DNA of 64,000 bases from NCBI GenBank assembly GCA_040905715.1, contig JBBDRA010000002.1:3746-67745 (forward strand), written 5' to 3'. Shown here piece after piece: positions 8,081-17,132 of the stretch. Within the stretch, counting starts at the first letter, position 1. Every line of letters begins with the position of its first letter. A program made the position numbers and the translations under genes. The notes under the pieces are model-generated. The model was not told the origin of the DNA and searched no databases. It saw only the letters and a program-made list of their open reading frames with translations. This stretch comes from Minisyncoccota bacterium. GTDB taxonomy: Bacteria; Patescibacteriota; Minisyncoccia; Phycocordibacterales; CSBR16-193.

Positions 8081-10158
8081 GGCACTCTCACCTCGACTGC
8101 GTACTCAGCAACCGTGTCATTGTTCATGTCCTTTGCTACAAAAGTGATCATATATACTCCGTCGCTTTTCCAACTCCAATTACTGAAGTTTACATCAGCG
8201 GTCTTATAACCACCGTCAATCTCACTCATTTCCACGAGCTGACCGCTGCCAACGCGCCAGTGCATTGTGTAGGATAAAGGCGAAGTATCTACGAGACGCG
8301 CTCGAAATGTTTCGGTCTCACCCATCGTCTGCCCATCAATACTTGGAAACGCGACGTCGATCTCATCCGGCAAAGTTGTGTTGTCAGACACACTCACATT
8401 TCCAAGATCGTTATTCCACGTATACAGACTCCACGAGCCGGTAAAGATTCCAGCCTTTATCTGATATGCTCCATTTTCATTTGGCTTCCAATCAAAACTG
8501 AAATCGCGCTCATCTCCCGAACCAAACGACTGACCTGTTCTATATTCCTGATGAACCTTCACTCCTTGTTCGTTGTACACCTCCGCATCAACGATCACAT
8601 CAGAAGCAGATTCTCCGTCGTTGCGCACACGCACTTGAAGTTCGGTCGATTCTCCCAGCACAAGTGTTTCCGGCGAACTGCCTCCGGCAACACTAAAGTC
8701 CGGGTCTCCCAGCTCCTGTGTAACCGTTACCGTGCCCACACTATTCTCCCACGTATAAAGCGACCACGAATTGCTAAAGACAGCTGCTGCAACCCTGTAT
8801 TCACCGACACTTTGTGGTTGCCACGAAAAATCATACCCGCGCTGCTGACCATCCGTGAACGACTGACCTGTCTTATATTCTTGATGCACCTTTGCGCCAT
8901 TTTGACCGTAGATCTCCAGATCAACGATCGCGTTCGATACCGGGTCTCCGGTATTTTTTACATTAAATGAAATTGTTGTTGAATTCCCAACACGAGCATC
9001 AGAATCATTTCCGCTTATATCAAAAGAAGTCTCAGCAGAAGGTGGCGGAGGCGTTCCTCCGTTTCCTCCACCCGATCCGACAAACCACTCAGCCATAACT
9101 TCCTCTGCTTCTTTGTTCTGCGGTGTGAAATTTCTATCACCATCACCACCTGCATTCGGGTCTCCTTCCCAATGCCACAGCGACACTCCTTTCATGCTGT
9201 CGTGCCGATCCCAGTATTCAAACAGGGCACGGTACAGATCGGCTTGTTTTTGCTGGCTCGTATCTCCCCATCCGTCCCACGGCTGATTGTTCGCGAACTC
9301 AACACTGCGATAGCCGACCTCAGTGAACATAATAGGCATATTGCCGTTTTCTTGTTGAAACGGGCGTATGTCGTCGCTATACCGTCTACCCCACGCATCC
9401 ACGTAGTCGTCTTTGCTACTCCCGGTCAGCGGGTAGTACGCTGAAATACCGAGATAATCAAGGGCATCCCAAAACTCTATACCGGTTTTTTCGTTCGCAA
9501 AACTACCGCTTCCCCAATTAGCACTGTACGTAAGCCATCCACTAAACTCTTCCCGAACTGCGGATATCATTTCACGCCAGCGCCGTTCGTTGTCGCTATT
9601 CTCTCTTGAAGATGCGACCTTGATCAGCTCCGAGCCAATAATCATCCCGTCGACATTTTTTTCCTGAGCAATGCGCGCGTAGTGAACAAGCATATCCTCG
9701 TAGTTTCGGTACCAGGTATCGCGGTCGTTCGGTTTGATATGTGCTCGCCAGGTTCCATCTTCCGGATCAATGTGGGGTTTTAACACCACATCCAGATCTT
9801 GTGAATGAATATAATCGATACCGTCTCGGAGCGTCGCGTCACTAGGTGTACGCCAGTGACGATAAAACAAACTATTGCTGGTCCCATCTTGTTTAAACTC
9901 CAGAACGATCGATACATGCGTTACACCGACTTCTTTCAGGTTCCGGATCGATTGCTTGAAATTATCGCTCCGCAACTGACTTTCATACTCAGAAACAATG
10001 GTAACTCCCTGATGCCAATCAGCAACTGCAGCTTGAGCGGATGAAGGAAACAAGCCAAAACCGATAGCGACTACAATGGCTATTGCTAATACACGAAACA
10101 ATAGCACTGAGCGATTTTTTTGGGATGCAAACAGACCATAAAAATGAGAGATATTCAT
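8077..10158 (-). CDS. secreted/anchored clan GH-A-like glycoside hydrolase with two tandem ~100-aa beta-sandwich repeats and a C-terminal domain
   Basis: N-terminal TM/signal VLLFRVLAIAIVVAIGFGLFPSSAQA. A TIM-barrel-like region carries MIIGSELIK (candidate acid/base Glu) and MPIMFTEVGYRS (candidate nucleophile Glu). Two tandem repeats follow, ...VKNTGDPVSNAIVDLEIYGQNGAKVHQEYKTGQSF... and ...VRNDGESASDVIVDAEVYNEQGVKVHQEYRTGQSF... Confidence 0.55.
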   Translation of the reverse strand: MNISHFYGLFASQKNRSVLLFRVLAIAIVVAIGFGLFPSSAQAAVADWHQGVTIVSEYESQLRSDNFKQSIRNLKEVGVTHVSIVLEFKQDGTSNSLFYRHWRTPSDATLRDGIDYIHSQDLDVVLKPHIDPEDGTWRAHIKPNDRDTWYRNYEDMLVHYARIAQEKNVDGMIIGSELIKVASSRENSDNERRWREMISAVREEFSGWLTYSANWGSGSFANEKTGIEFWDALDYLGISAYYPLTGSSKDDYVDAWGRRYSDDIRPFQQENGNMPIMFTEVGYRSVEFANNQPWDGWGDTSQQKQADLYRALFEYWDRHDSMKGVSLWHWEGDPNAGGDGDRNFTPQNKEAEEVMAEWFVGSGGGNGGTPPPPSAETSFDISGNDSDARVGNSTTISFNVKNTGDPVSNAIVDLEIYGQNGAKVHQEYKTGQSFTDGQQRGYDFSWQPQSVGEYRVAAAVFSNSWSLYTWENSVGTVTVTQELGDPDFSVAGGSSPETLVLGESTELQVRVRNDGESASDVIVDAEVYNEQGVKVHQEYRTGQSFGSGDERDFSFDWKPNENGAYQIKAGIFTGSWSLYTWNNDLGNVSVSDNTTLPDEIDVAFPSIDGQTMGETETFRARLVDTSPLSYTMHWRVGSGQLVEMSEIDGGYKTADVNFSNWSWKSDGVYMITFVAKDMNNDTVAEYAVEVRVP

Positions 10159-10596
10159 AGTAGATTTACTCCTTCAAATGATAAACATGACCACTATCGT
10201 TGCATGCTGTGCCCATCCGTCTTTCAAGCAATACGTAAGATCCTTACTATAAAGTAAAGATGGCTATTACTGACTTTTTATTACACTTCACTCAAAAAAC
10301 AACTGCCAAAAAAGATCTATTAGTACGTATTTCAAAACCGATCAGCACTCAAACAGCACACTGAAGTAAAGCAAAAGTAAAGATAGCGGCAACCATAAAA
10401 CCACGCTAAAAGCATGGACTATTCGACCGATAAACCTTAAGACAACAAACAAGGCACATTTAAAAAAACTCTTTATATAAGGCATATTTTCCCTTATATA
10501 ACACCTTGTCCCGTCAGAAACTATTGACATTCTTGCGCATAAAGGCACAATAGTAGAGTCTAAAACCCGCGAGGTTTTTTCATTTTCCCCCGGTGT

Positions 10597-11874
10597 ATGC
10601 CGTCTACTCCAGAAACAAATATCGTCCTTTTTGTAGGTCTCACTCCAGCATTGCTTGGACCTATTCAGGCACTCAAAAAGAAGAAGGGTGTGAATTATCG
10701 CTATGCGATCATTCACGACACAAAAACACCCACTCCGGAACAAAAGGAGGTTCTGGATGTTTTTGATATTGAGATCAAAACGAATTTTTCCTCACGAGAC
10801 ACACTCACCAAATCTCTTCAACCATATGAGCACGAACTCCTTGCGATCACTTCCCGCTCAGAATCCAATATCCCCTATTTTCAAAAAGTGATCCCGCACG
10901 TACCTTACCTCAGGACACCTACGACCGAATCACTAACGTGGGCAACAGAAAAACTGAAGATGCGCCAACAACTTAACTCATATGACAAGAACATTGGCCC
11001 GGCCTTCATGATTGTTCATGATTCAGCAAAAAAAACGATCAAGGAAATCGAGGAAAAAGTCGGCTTCCCTGTTGTTATAAAGCCTACGGGACTTGTTCGA
11101 GGTCTTTTGGTCACAGCGGCCTATCATCACGAAGAACTTGAAAAGGAGCTTAACCGGGTTTTCTGGAAAATAAATAAACTTCACCGTGACACAAACGGCC
11201 GCGGAGAGCCCTCTGTACTTGTGGAGCAACTTATGGACGGAGAAATGTACTCTGTCGACGCACACGTCACCTCACGTGGCACTATTCACTTTAATCCATT
11301 CGTACACGTTAAGACCGGTCGATCGATCGGGTTCGATGATTTCTTCTCGTACCAGCAGATAACACCGACCAGACTCAACAAGCAAAGTGTTGCTGATGCA
11401 CAAGAAGTTACCGAAAAAGCGATCAGGGCACTTGGTTTACGAAGCACCACGGCTCATGTTGAGCTCCTCAAAACCGAAGACGGTTGGAAAGTAATAGAGG
11501 TTGGCCCACGCATCGGCGGATTTCGCCATGTAATGTACAACCTTTCCTACGGGATCGATATCACTGAAAATGATATTAGAACACGTATTCCCCGCCCTAT
11601 CACTATCCCTCGAACGGTAAAAGGACATACTGCCCTTATTAAAATTTACGCACCGAAGGAAGGCGTTATCACCAAGATAACAGGCGCGAAAAAAGCACAG
11701 CAACTTAAATCATTCCATTCGATCAGTGTTCACAAACAAATTGGTGATCGAGCGTATTTCGCAAAAAATGGTGGTCGTGACATTTTCCATGTCACCTTCT
11801 TTAACAAGGACCGCCCCAAACTCCTGGCTGATATTCGACGATTCGAAAAGATGGTTGAGATCACCACCAAGTAA
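10597..11874 (+). CDS. ATP-grasp domain protein (putative amino-acid/peptide ligase)
   Basis: ATP-grasp fold signatures GFPVVIKPTGLVRG, LVEQLMDGEMYSVDAHV and AHVELLKTEDGWKVIEVGPRIGG. Confidence 0.6.
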   Translation: MPSTPETNIVLFVGLTPALLGPIQALKKKKGVNYRYAIIHDTKTPTPEQKEVLDVFDIEIKTNFSSRDTLTKSLQPYEHELLAITSRSESNIPYFQKVIPHVPYLRTPTTESLTWATEKLKMRQQLNSYDKNIGPAFMIVHDSAKKTIKEIEEKVGFPVVIKPTGLVRGLLVTAAYHHEELEKELNRVFWKINKLHRDTNGRGEPSVLVEQLMDGEMYSVDAHVTSRGTIHFNPFVHVKTGRSIGFDDFFSYQQITPTRLNKQSVADAQEVTEKAIRALGLRSTTAHVELLKTEDGWKVIEVGPRIGGFRHVMYNLSYGIDITENDIRTRIPRPITIPRTVKGHTALIKIYAPKEGVITKITGAKKAQQLKSFHSISVHKQIGDRAYFAKNGGRDIFHVTFFNKDRPKLLADIRRFEKMVEITTK

Positions 11875-11963
11875 CGTATCTCCATTCTCATCTCCATAAA
11901 ATGTCTTTGTGGAATTTATTCAAAACATCCGAGGGATCGCCTACGGAATAACAATAGGTATTT

Positions 11964-12818
11964 ATGAAAATAGCGTTTATCTCTAAGAAAAACAGTACTC
12001 AAATTCTTGAATTACAAAAAAAGGCCGAGGAGCGTGGACATGTTTTTGATCTTGTTGATCTCAACGACATCCTCATCTCTTCACTGAATTCTTCAGACGC
12101 CATTTCCTCGCTTGGTAAATACGACCTTATTCATTATCAAGCAAGCGTCGGTCACGTTATGACCCCCATTCTTACTGAATGGTTGAGCACAAAAAACATA
12201 CCTGTCGTCAATAACAGGTACAACCTCCTCCCATTTTTTGAAGATAAACGCTATCAAGTTTTCCGATGCGCATCAGCAGGTATCACCACGCCCCGAACAT
12301 ATCTATCGGCAACAAAAGAATTCGAAGATATAGACCGACTATTGGGCACACCATTCATTCTGAAAGGCGCCGTCAGTGCTCAAGGCAAGCATGTATTCCT
12401 GATCAATAACAAGAGCGAATTCGACGAGGTGATCGAGCAATGCGAAAAACCCCTGTTCCAAGAGTACATACCTTCTCGAGCAGATTACCGCGTTCACCGG
12501 ATAGGCAACGATCTTCCTATTATTTATAAACGCTGTGCGTCAGGAGAGGATTTCCGATCAAACGTATCGCGTGGCGGAACGATCGAGCCGATAACCGACA
12601 CAGACGAACGTGAAAAACTCGCATCATTTGCTCGTCTAGCCTCTGACGCGATGGAAATGGAGTATGGTGGAATCGACATAATGAAACACCCCGAAAACGA
12701 ACAACTCTACTTTATAGAATCAAACCGAAATCCCGGCTGGGCACAGGTAAATGACCTGCTCGGAATAAACACCGAAGACCATATACTTGATTTCTACGAG
12801 CAAAAAATAGCTGCATAA
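11964..12818 (+). CDS. RimK-like ATP-grasp ligase (alpha-L-glutamate ligase family)
   Basis: PFILKGAVSAQGKHVFLINNKSEF, ...EYIPSRADYRVHRIG, and GGIDIMKHPENEQLYFIESNRNPGW, which is typical of the RimK/GshB ATP-grasp C-terminal half. Confidence 0.65.
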   Translation: MKIAFISKKNSTQILELQKKAEERGHVFDLVDLNDILISSLNSSDAISSLGKYDLIHYQASVGHVMTPILTEWLSTKNIPVVNNRYNLLPFFEDKRYQVFRCASAGITTPRTYLSATKEFEDIDRLLGTPFILKGAVSAQGKHVFLINNKSEFDEVIEQCEKPLFQEYIPSRADYRVHRIGNDLPIIYKRCASGEDFRSNVSRGGTIEPITDTDEREKLASFARLASDAMEMEYGGIDIMKHPENEQLYFIESNRNPGWAQVNDLLGINTEDHILDFYEQKIAA

Positions 12819-12894
12819 TCTTGATATACACCGCTTTACGTGCTATATTTTGCTCATAGACCACATACGTATTTACCGATAAAGAAACCTATAC

Positions 12895-13437
12895 TTGCCA
12901 AGACCACGAAAAAAACAATTTAAACGCCCGCCGCCACGAATTCGAACGAACGAGCAGATTCGTGTCCGTGAGTTGCGCGTTATCGGTGCTGAAGGTGAAA
13001 ACATCGGCACCATCTCAAGCGACGAAGCGCTCGCCAAAGCCAAAGAAGCCGGTCTCGATCTCATCGAGATCTCCCCGAACGCCAAACCGCCGGTCGCTAA
13101 AATAATGGATTTTGGGAAGTATCTTTACGACCAGAAAAAGAAACTCAAGCAGCAGAAAGCGAGTACACAGACGGTCGAAGTGAAGAACATTCAGGTAAAG
13201 CCGGCAACAGGTGAACACGACCTGGAAATGAAGGCGAAACAAGCTTCTAAATGGCTTAAAGAAGGCAACCGCGTAAAGGTTGAGCTCTTCTTACGAGGTC
13301 GATCTAAGTACATGGATCAGAAGTTCCTTCGCAGCCGCCTGGACCGATTCTTTAACCTTATTACCGAAGAGTTCAAGATCGCTCAGGAACCAAAGAAAAG
13401 CCCGAAGGGTTTGACCGCGATCCTCGAGAAAGCGTAG
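12895..13437 (+). CDS. infC: translation initiation factor IF-3
   Basis: EQIRVRELRVIGAEGENIGTISSDEALAKAKEAGLDLIEISPNAKPPVAKIMDFGKYLY, followed by the C-terminal domain. Apparent TTG start with a basic N-terminal extension; non-AUG starts are common for infC. Confidence 0.85.
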   Translation: MPRPRKKQFKRPPPRIRTNEQIRVRELRVIGAEGENIGTISSDEALAKAKEAGLDLIEISPNAKPPVAKIMDFGKYLYDQKKKLKQQKASTQTVEVKNIQVKPATGEHDLEMKAKQASKWLKEGNRVKVELFLRGRSKYMDQKFLRSRLDRFFNLITEEFKIAQEPKKSPKGLTAILEKA

Positions 13438-13440
13438 TCG

Positions 13441-13549
13441 TATTCGGTATCCAGGTCTTCCCGCTACTTTTTGCCAACCCCAGGGGTTGGCAAAAAGTAG
13501 GCGTATCCTGTATGGACCATGTCGCCTATAGATACTGAATACCGAACAT
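13441..13549 (+). promoter_or_regulatory. nested perfect palindromes in the infC-rpmI spacer (candidate L20-responsive leader or attenuator)
   Basis: CTACTTTTTGCCAACCCC/AGGGGTTGGCAAAAAGTAG is an 18-bp perfect inverted repeat. It is enclosed by an outer inverted repeat CGTATTCGGTAT...ATACTGAATACCGAAC. Confidence 0.45.
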
Positions 13550-13618
13550 AGAGCATTGACGCCATTCCCTTAATTTGCTAGGGTTATCTCCATCATCTGA
13601 TGTGAGAAATATATCATC

Positions 13619-13804
13619 ATGAAGACAAACAACGCATTTAAAAGTCGATTCAAGGTAACAAACAACAAGAAAGTTCTGACCCGCAAAGCCGGCCAGAACC
13701 ACTTCAACGCGAAAGAATCGCGTCGTTACCAGATCACTCAGAAAAAGAAACTCCAAGACTTCGACATGTCTAACAAGTCAAAGCATCGTTTTCTAAACGT
13801 CTAA
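13619..13804 (+). CDS. rpmI: ribosomal protein L35
   Basis: 61-aa basic protein (MKTNNAFKSRFKVTNNKK...) in the conserved infC-rpmI-rplT position. Confidence 0.55.
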   Translation: MKTNNAFKSRFKVTNNKKVLTRKAGQNHFNAKESRRYQITQKKKLQDFDMSNKSKHRFLNV

Positions 13805-13843
13805 TTTTCTACAAGTTACAGACCGCAAGCTAACACTTAAACC

Positions 13844-14194
13844 ATGGCCAGAGTAAAAGGAGCAAAACACGCCCTCAAACATCGCAAAACAATCCTAAAG
13901 CAAACCAAAGGATTCCGTTTTGGACAATCAACCAAAGAGCGACAGGCTCGACAGGCACTCTTCCATGCCGGCCGAAGCGCTTTTCAAGATCGACGCAAAA
14001 AGAAAGGTCAGTTTCGACGTCTTTGGAATATCAAGATCAATGCTGCACTTGATCAGATCGAGTCTTCCCTTTCCTACTCGAAATTCATAAAGGCACTTAA
14101 GGACGCCGAGATCGGACTGGACAGAAAATCACTTGCCCACATCGCAGAACACAAACCGGAAAGCTTTAAACGAATTGTTGAAAAAGTCTCCTAA
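13844..14194 (+). CDS. rplT: ribosomal protein L20
   Basis: MARVKGAKHALKHRKTILKQTKGFRFGQS...FQDRRKKKGQFRRLWNIKINAA matches the L20 consensus. Confidence 0.9.
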   Translation: MARVKGAKHALKHRKTILKQTKGFRFGQSTKERQARQALFHAGRSAFQDRRKKKGQFRRLWNIKINAALDQIESSLSYSKFIKALKDAEIGLDRKSLAHIAEHKPESFKRIVEKVS

Positions 14195-14230
14195 CGTAAA
14201 AAGACGGTCAGAAACAATGAGATCACATAA

Positions 14231-14267
14231 AATAAACGGCTCACACTACGTGTGAGCCGTTTATTTT
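14231..14267. terminator. bidirectional terminator hairpin between rplT(+) and RNase J(-)
   Basis: AAATAAACGGCTCACAC-tac-GTGTGAGCCGTTTATTT has perfect 17-bp arms and is flanked by A/T runs on both sides. Confidence 0.65.
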
Positions 14268-14295
14268 ATGTTCTACGTAGTTCAATCAAATATAT

Positions 14296-15672
14296 CTAAA
14301 GATCAAGCGTGTACTTCTTCCCCTGCTGCGGGCAGATCGCTTTTACACCGATCTCGTCGTTGATACGTTGAGCAAGTACGCTTGAGGATTTTGGCTCTCC
14401 CATTGCCAGAAAAACCGTTTCGAGCGTTTCGGCTGCTGAATCAACAAAGTCCAGCAACTGGTCCTGGTCAGCATGTGATGAGTAGCCGCCGATCTTCTCT
14501 ATTCTTGCTCGAACAGGAATTCGCTGATCGAATATCTCAACCTCTTTCGCCCCTTCTTCGATCTGCCGACCAAGCGTACCGGCAGCTTGGTACCCGACCA
14601 GAAGCAGCGTACTGTTCGGATCCGGCAGGTAGTCAAGCTCGTGGTGGAGCACGCGTCCGCCGGTCGACATACCTGAGCCTGCGATAATTATCTTTGGGTT
14701 CGGTGCATCCTCTATGGCTTTTGATTCAGGGACCCGTTCGGTCATCTTAAGATTTGGAAACGAGAACGCATCATCGCCGTCAGCAATATCACCTTGTATC
14801 TCATCATTATAGGGCTTCACGATACTACGATAGATCTCAGTCAACTTGATCGCCAACGGAGAGTCAAGAAATACTCGTACTGACGGAATTATGTTTTCAC
14901 CGATCATGTGATTTAGCTCATGCAAAACGATCTGAGTACGCGCGAGCGAGAACGCCGGTATAACCAACGTTCCACCCCGTTCTATACTTTCTTTAACGAT
15001 CCGGCGGAACTTCTCATCCCTCTCACTCGCCGACTCATGTTGCCGATCGCCATACACACTGTCCATAACCAAGTAATTGGTACCGGGAATCTTTTCAGCA
15101 TCTCTCAAAAGCGGAGACGGGGAATTACCGAGATCGTCGGCAAACACTAGCTTCTTCTGCCCTGTCTTACCCTCAAGCGTAAACTCAACAAGAGCCGAGC
15201 CAATAATATGCCCGGCGTCCTTGAATTGAACAGACAAGCCATCTGCAAGTAAATGTGGCTCGTGATACCTAAGATCCTGCCACTGGGAGAGAGCGCGAGC
15301 CACGTCATTTTTCTCATACAGAGGCGCCGTGCCGTCGTCCTTTTGCTTATACGCCATAATACCGAGCGCGTCCTCGTACATTATCTCAACAATACGTTTC
15401 GTGATCCCGGTTGAGTAGATAGTGCCACGAAAGCCATCCCGTACAAGCTTTGGAATGCGCCCGATGTGATCGATGTGAGCATGGCTGACGAACAGCGCGT
15501 CAACAGATGCCGGCTCATACGCAAACGGCTCGCGATTGAGCTGGTCCGCTTCTCTGCTACCTTGAACAAGCCCACAATCAACAAGCACACTAAAATCTCC
15601 ATACTCAAGCAAAAAGTTAGCGCCAGTAACATGCTCAACGCCGCTATAGAATGTCAGTGTCGCCTGGTTCAT
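14296..15672 (-). CDS. rnj: ribonuclease J (beta-CASP metallo-beta-lactamase RNase)
   Basis: MBL motif VSHAHIDHIGRIP with a downstream beta-CASP region. Start chosen at 15672 (MNQATLTFYSG...); the open frame extends to 15729. Confidence 0.8.
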   Translation of the reverse strand: MNQATLTFYSGVEHVTGANFLLEYGDFSVLVDCGLVQGSREADQLNREPFAYEPASVDALFVSHAHIDHIGRIPKLVRDGFRGTIYSTGITKRIVEIMYEDALGIMAYKQKDDGTAPLYEKNDVARALSQWQDLRYHEPHLLADGLSVQFKDAGHIIGSALVEFTLEGKTGQKKLVFADDLGNSPSPLLRDAEKIPGTNYLVMDSVYGDRQHESASERDEKFRRIVKESIERGGTLVIPAFSLARTQIVLHELNHMIGENIIPSVRVFLDSPLAIKLTEIYRSIVKPYNDEIQGDIADGDDAFSFPNLKMTERVPESKAIEDAPNPKIIIAGSGMSTGGRVLHHELDYLPDPNSTLLLVGYQAAGTLGRQIEEGAKEVEIFDQRIPVRARIEKIGGYSSHADQDQLLDFVDSAAETLETVFLAMGEPKSSSVLAQRINDEIGVKAICPQQGKKYTLDL

Positions 15673-16099
15673 ATAAAGGATCGTGATGATGCGTAGTGGG
15701 TGTAGATCGTGGGTGAAAATGCCACACATACCAACCGGCCAAAATAGCTCCGAGCAGATTCATGAGCATATCAAGTGTTGTATCAAGCACAATATTAGCA
15801 GCCGGACCTCTCGTACTGGTATACCACTCAAAAAGCTCCCAGAGAGCACCTACAGCAAGCACAGAGATTATACTGGTCATCACAAACTGCCACGGCGCAC
15901 GATACCTCAAGGGTGCCCACGATGAGAACAACAGCACCCATAAGACAAGTATCCCTAATCCGACACCGGCCAGTAAATGCACGAACAGATCGAGCCACAC
16001 AAAATGATAATAAAGAAAATACTGTTGAGCGGTAAAGTGAACCGTTGTTGTAACGGCAAGCAGCACAACAAATGAAAGCAGGAATGGATGTCGTTTCAT
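15644..16099 (-). CDS. hypothetical membrane protein
   Basis: 151 aa with four hydrophobic helices. It overlaps the rnj start by about 29 nt. No motif recognised. Confidence 0.4.
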   Translation of the reverse strand: MKRHPFLLSFVVLLAVTTTVHFTAQQYFLYYHFVWLDLFVHLLAGVGLGILVLWVLLFSSWAPLRYRAPWQFVMTSIISVLAVGALWELFEWYTSTRGPAANIVLDTTLDMLMNLLGAILAGWYVWHFHPRSTPTTHHHDPLYEPGDTDIL

Positions 16100-16164
16100 G
16101 AACTCTATGGTACCACGTCCTCACTATTGCCCCAATAACACCTCTTCTTGAACCACATAATAAA

Positions 16165-16200
16165 AGAAAAACCTACCACGTGAGTGGCAGGTTTTCTGGA
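16165..16200 (-). terminator. hairpin plus T-run
   Basis: AACCTACCACG-tgag-TGGCAGGTT has one mismatch. The minus-strand RNA ends in UUUUUCUUUU. Confidence 0.4.
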
Positions 16201-16387
16201 TCCTTCAAGGCTACTACCCTAGCAGAGATGCCAGGTGGGTGCTCGCAACACGCGCCGATCTGTTTCTCCGAAGAGATGCATCACAGCGTGGTGATATTGA
16301 ACTCCCTAAAAGCGTGTTAGCTAGAGAATATGACCTCAAAGGACCCACTTATATTATACACCCGGCAGGATGTAATCGCAAAAACAA

Positions 16388-16420
16388 AAATACGGCTAAT
16401 TAAGGCCGTATTTTGCACAT
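16388..16420 (-). terminator. terminator immediately after the ndk stop
   Basis: AAATACGGC-taattaa-GGCCGTATTT with UUGUUUUU following on the minus strand. Confidence 0.5.
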
Positions 16421-16430
16421 CTCTCAATTA

Positions 16431-17033
16431 CTATTCGAGAATGCCATCAAGGTTCACATCGTAGAGTATCTCTTCTTGAATAAGTCGGTAGCTTACCAAT
16501 TCATCCTTAGAGAACCAGTGCTCGATTTCTCGCTCTGCCTCCTCCGGTGAATCCGAGCAATGAATAAGATTACGTACTGCTCGATCATCTGATGAGCAAA
16601 TAGCATACGAATCTACCGTAAAATCTCCGCGAATGGTACCCACGTCAGATGTAGCCGGCTCAGTCTCTCCCACCAACTTCTTAACCACTGCAGCTGCTTG
16701 ATTGCCCTGGAGCGCCAACATAACAACCGGACCTGAGGTCATGTAATTAATAAGAACCTTGATAATATTTCGCCCGTACTCGATCGCCTCCTCCTCGATC
16801 GGCAGTCCGGCCTTTTTTCTATCTTCAACGATCCGTTCACCTTTTTCAGTAAACCACGCATCATCTTTGTTATAGTGCTCGAGAAGCTTCTTTTCGTCAG
16901 CCAAGGTAAACTTGAGTCCGATAATCTTCAGCCCAACGCGCTCAAACCGCTTGATCACTTCTCCGACGAGTGAGCGCTGAATACCGTCTGGTTTTATAAT
17001 AACGAATGTTCGTTCATCTTTGTGATGAGCCAT
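16431..17033 (-). CDS. ndk: nucleoside diphosphate kinase with C-terminal extension
   Basis: ERTFVIIKPDGIQRSLVGEVIKRFERVGLKIIGLKF matches the NDK N-terminus. The 200-aa product is longer than a canonical NDK. Confidence 0.75.
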   Translation of the reverse strand: MAHHKDERTFVIIKPDGIQRSLVGEVIKRFERVGLKIIGLKFTLADEKKLLEHYNKDDAWFTEKGERIVEDRKKAGLPIEEEAIEYGRNIIKVLINYMTSGPVVMLALQGNQAAAVVKKLVGETEPATSDVGTIRGDFTVDSYAICSSDDRAVRNLIHCSDSPEEAEREIEHWFSKDELVSYRLIQEEILYDVNLDGILE

Positions 17034-17132
17034 ACTAGATTTAATTACGTATACAAATTCTTACAAATGAATATGGACATACTAACGCATGCTGCGTCAT
17101 TTTCCTAGCGTATCCAGTATACGGAATACTGA

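Noticed and set aside
10342-10743. 133-aa Cys-rich minus-strand ORF overlapping the start of the ATP-grasp gene
   Set aside because: It overlaps the ATP-grasp gene's promoter/leader and first 49 codons, and has no SD or motif. Considered as a possible precursor peptide but not supportable.
16100-16430. 330-bp gap inspected for 4.5S/SRP RNA, RNase P RNA or 6S RNA
   Set aside because: No conserved SRP (GGUGCUGUUUACC-like) or RNase P (AGGAAAGUCC / ACAGNRA) motifs recognised. Only two terminator hairpins are evident.
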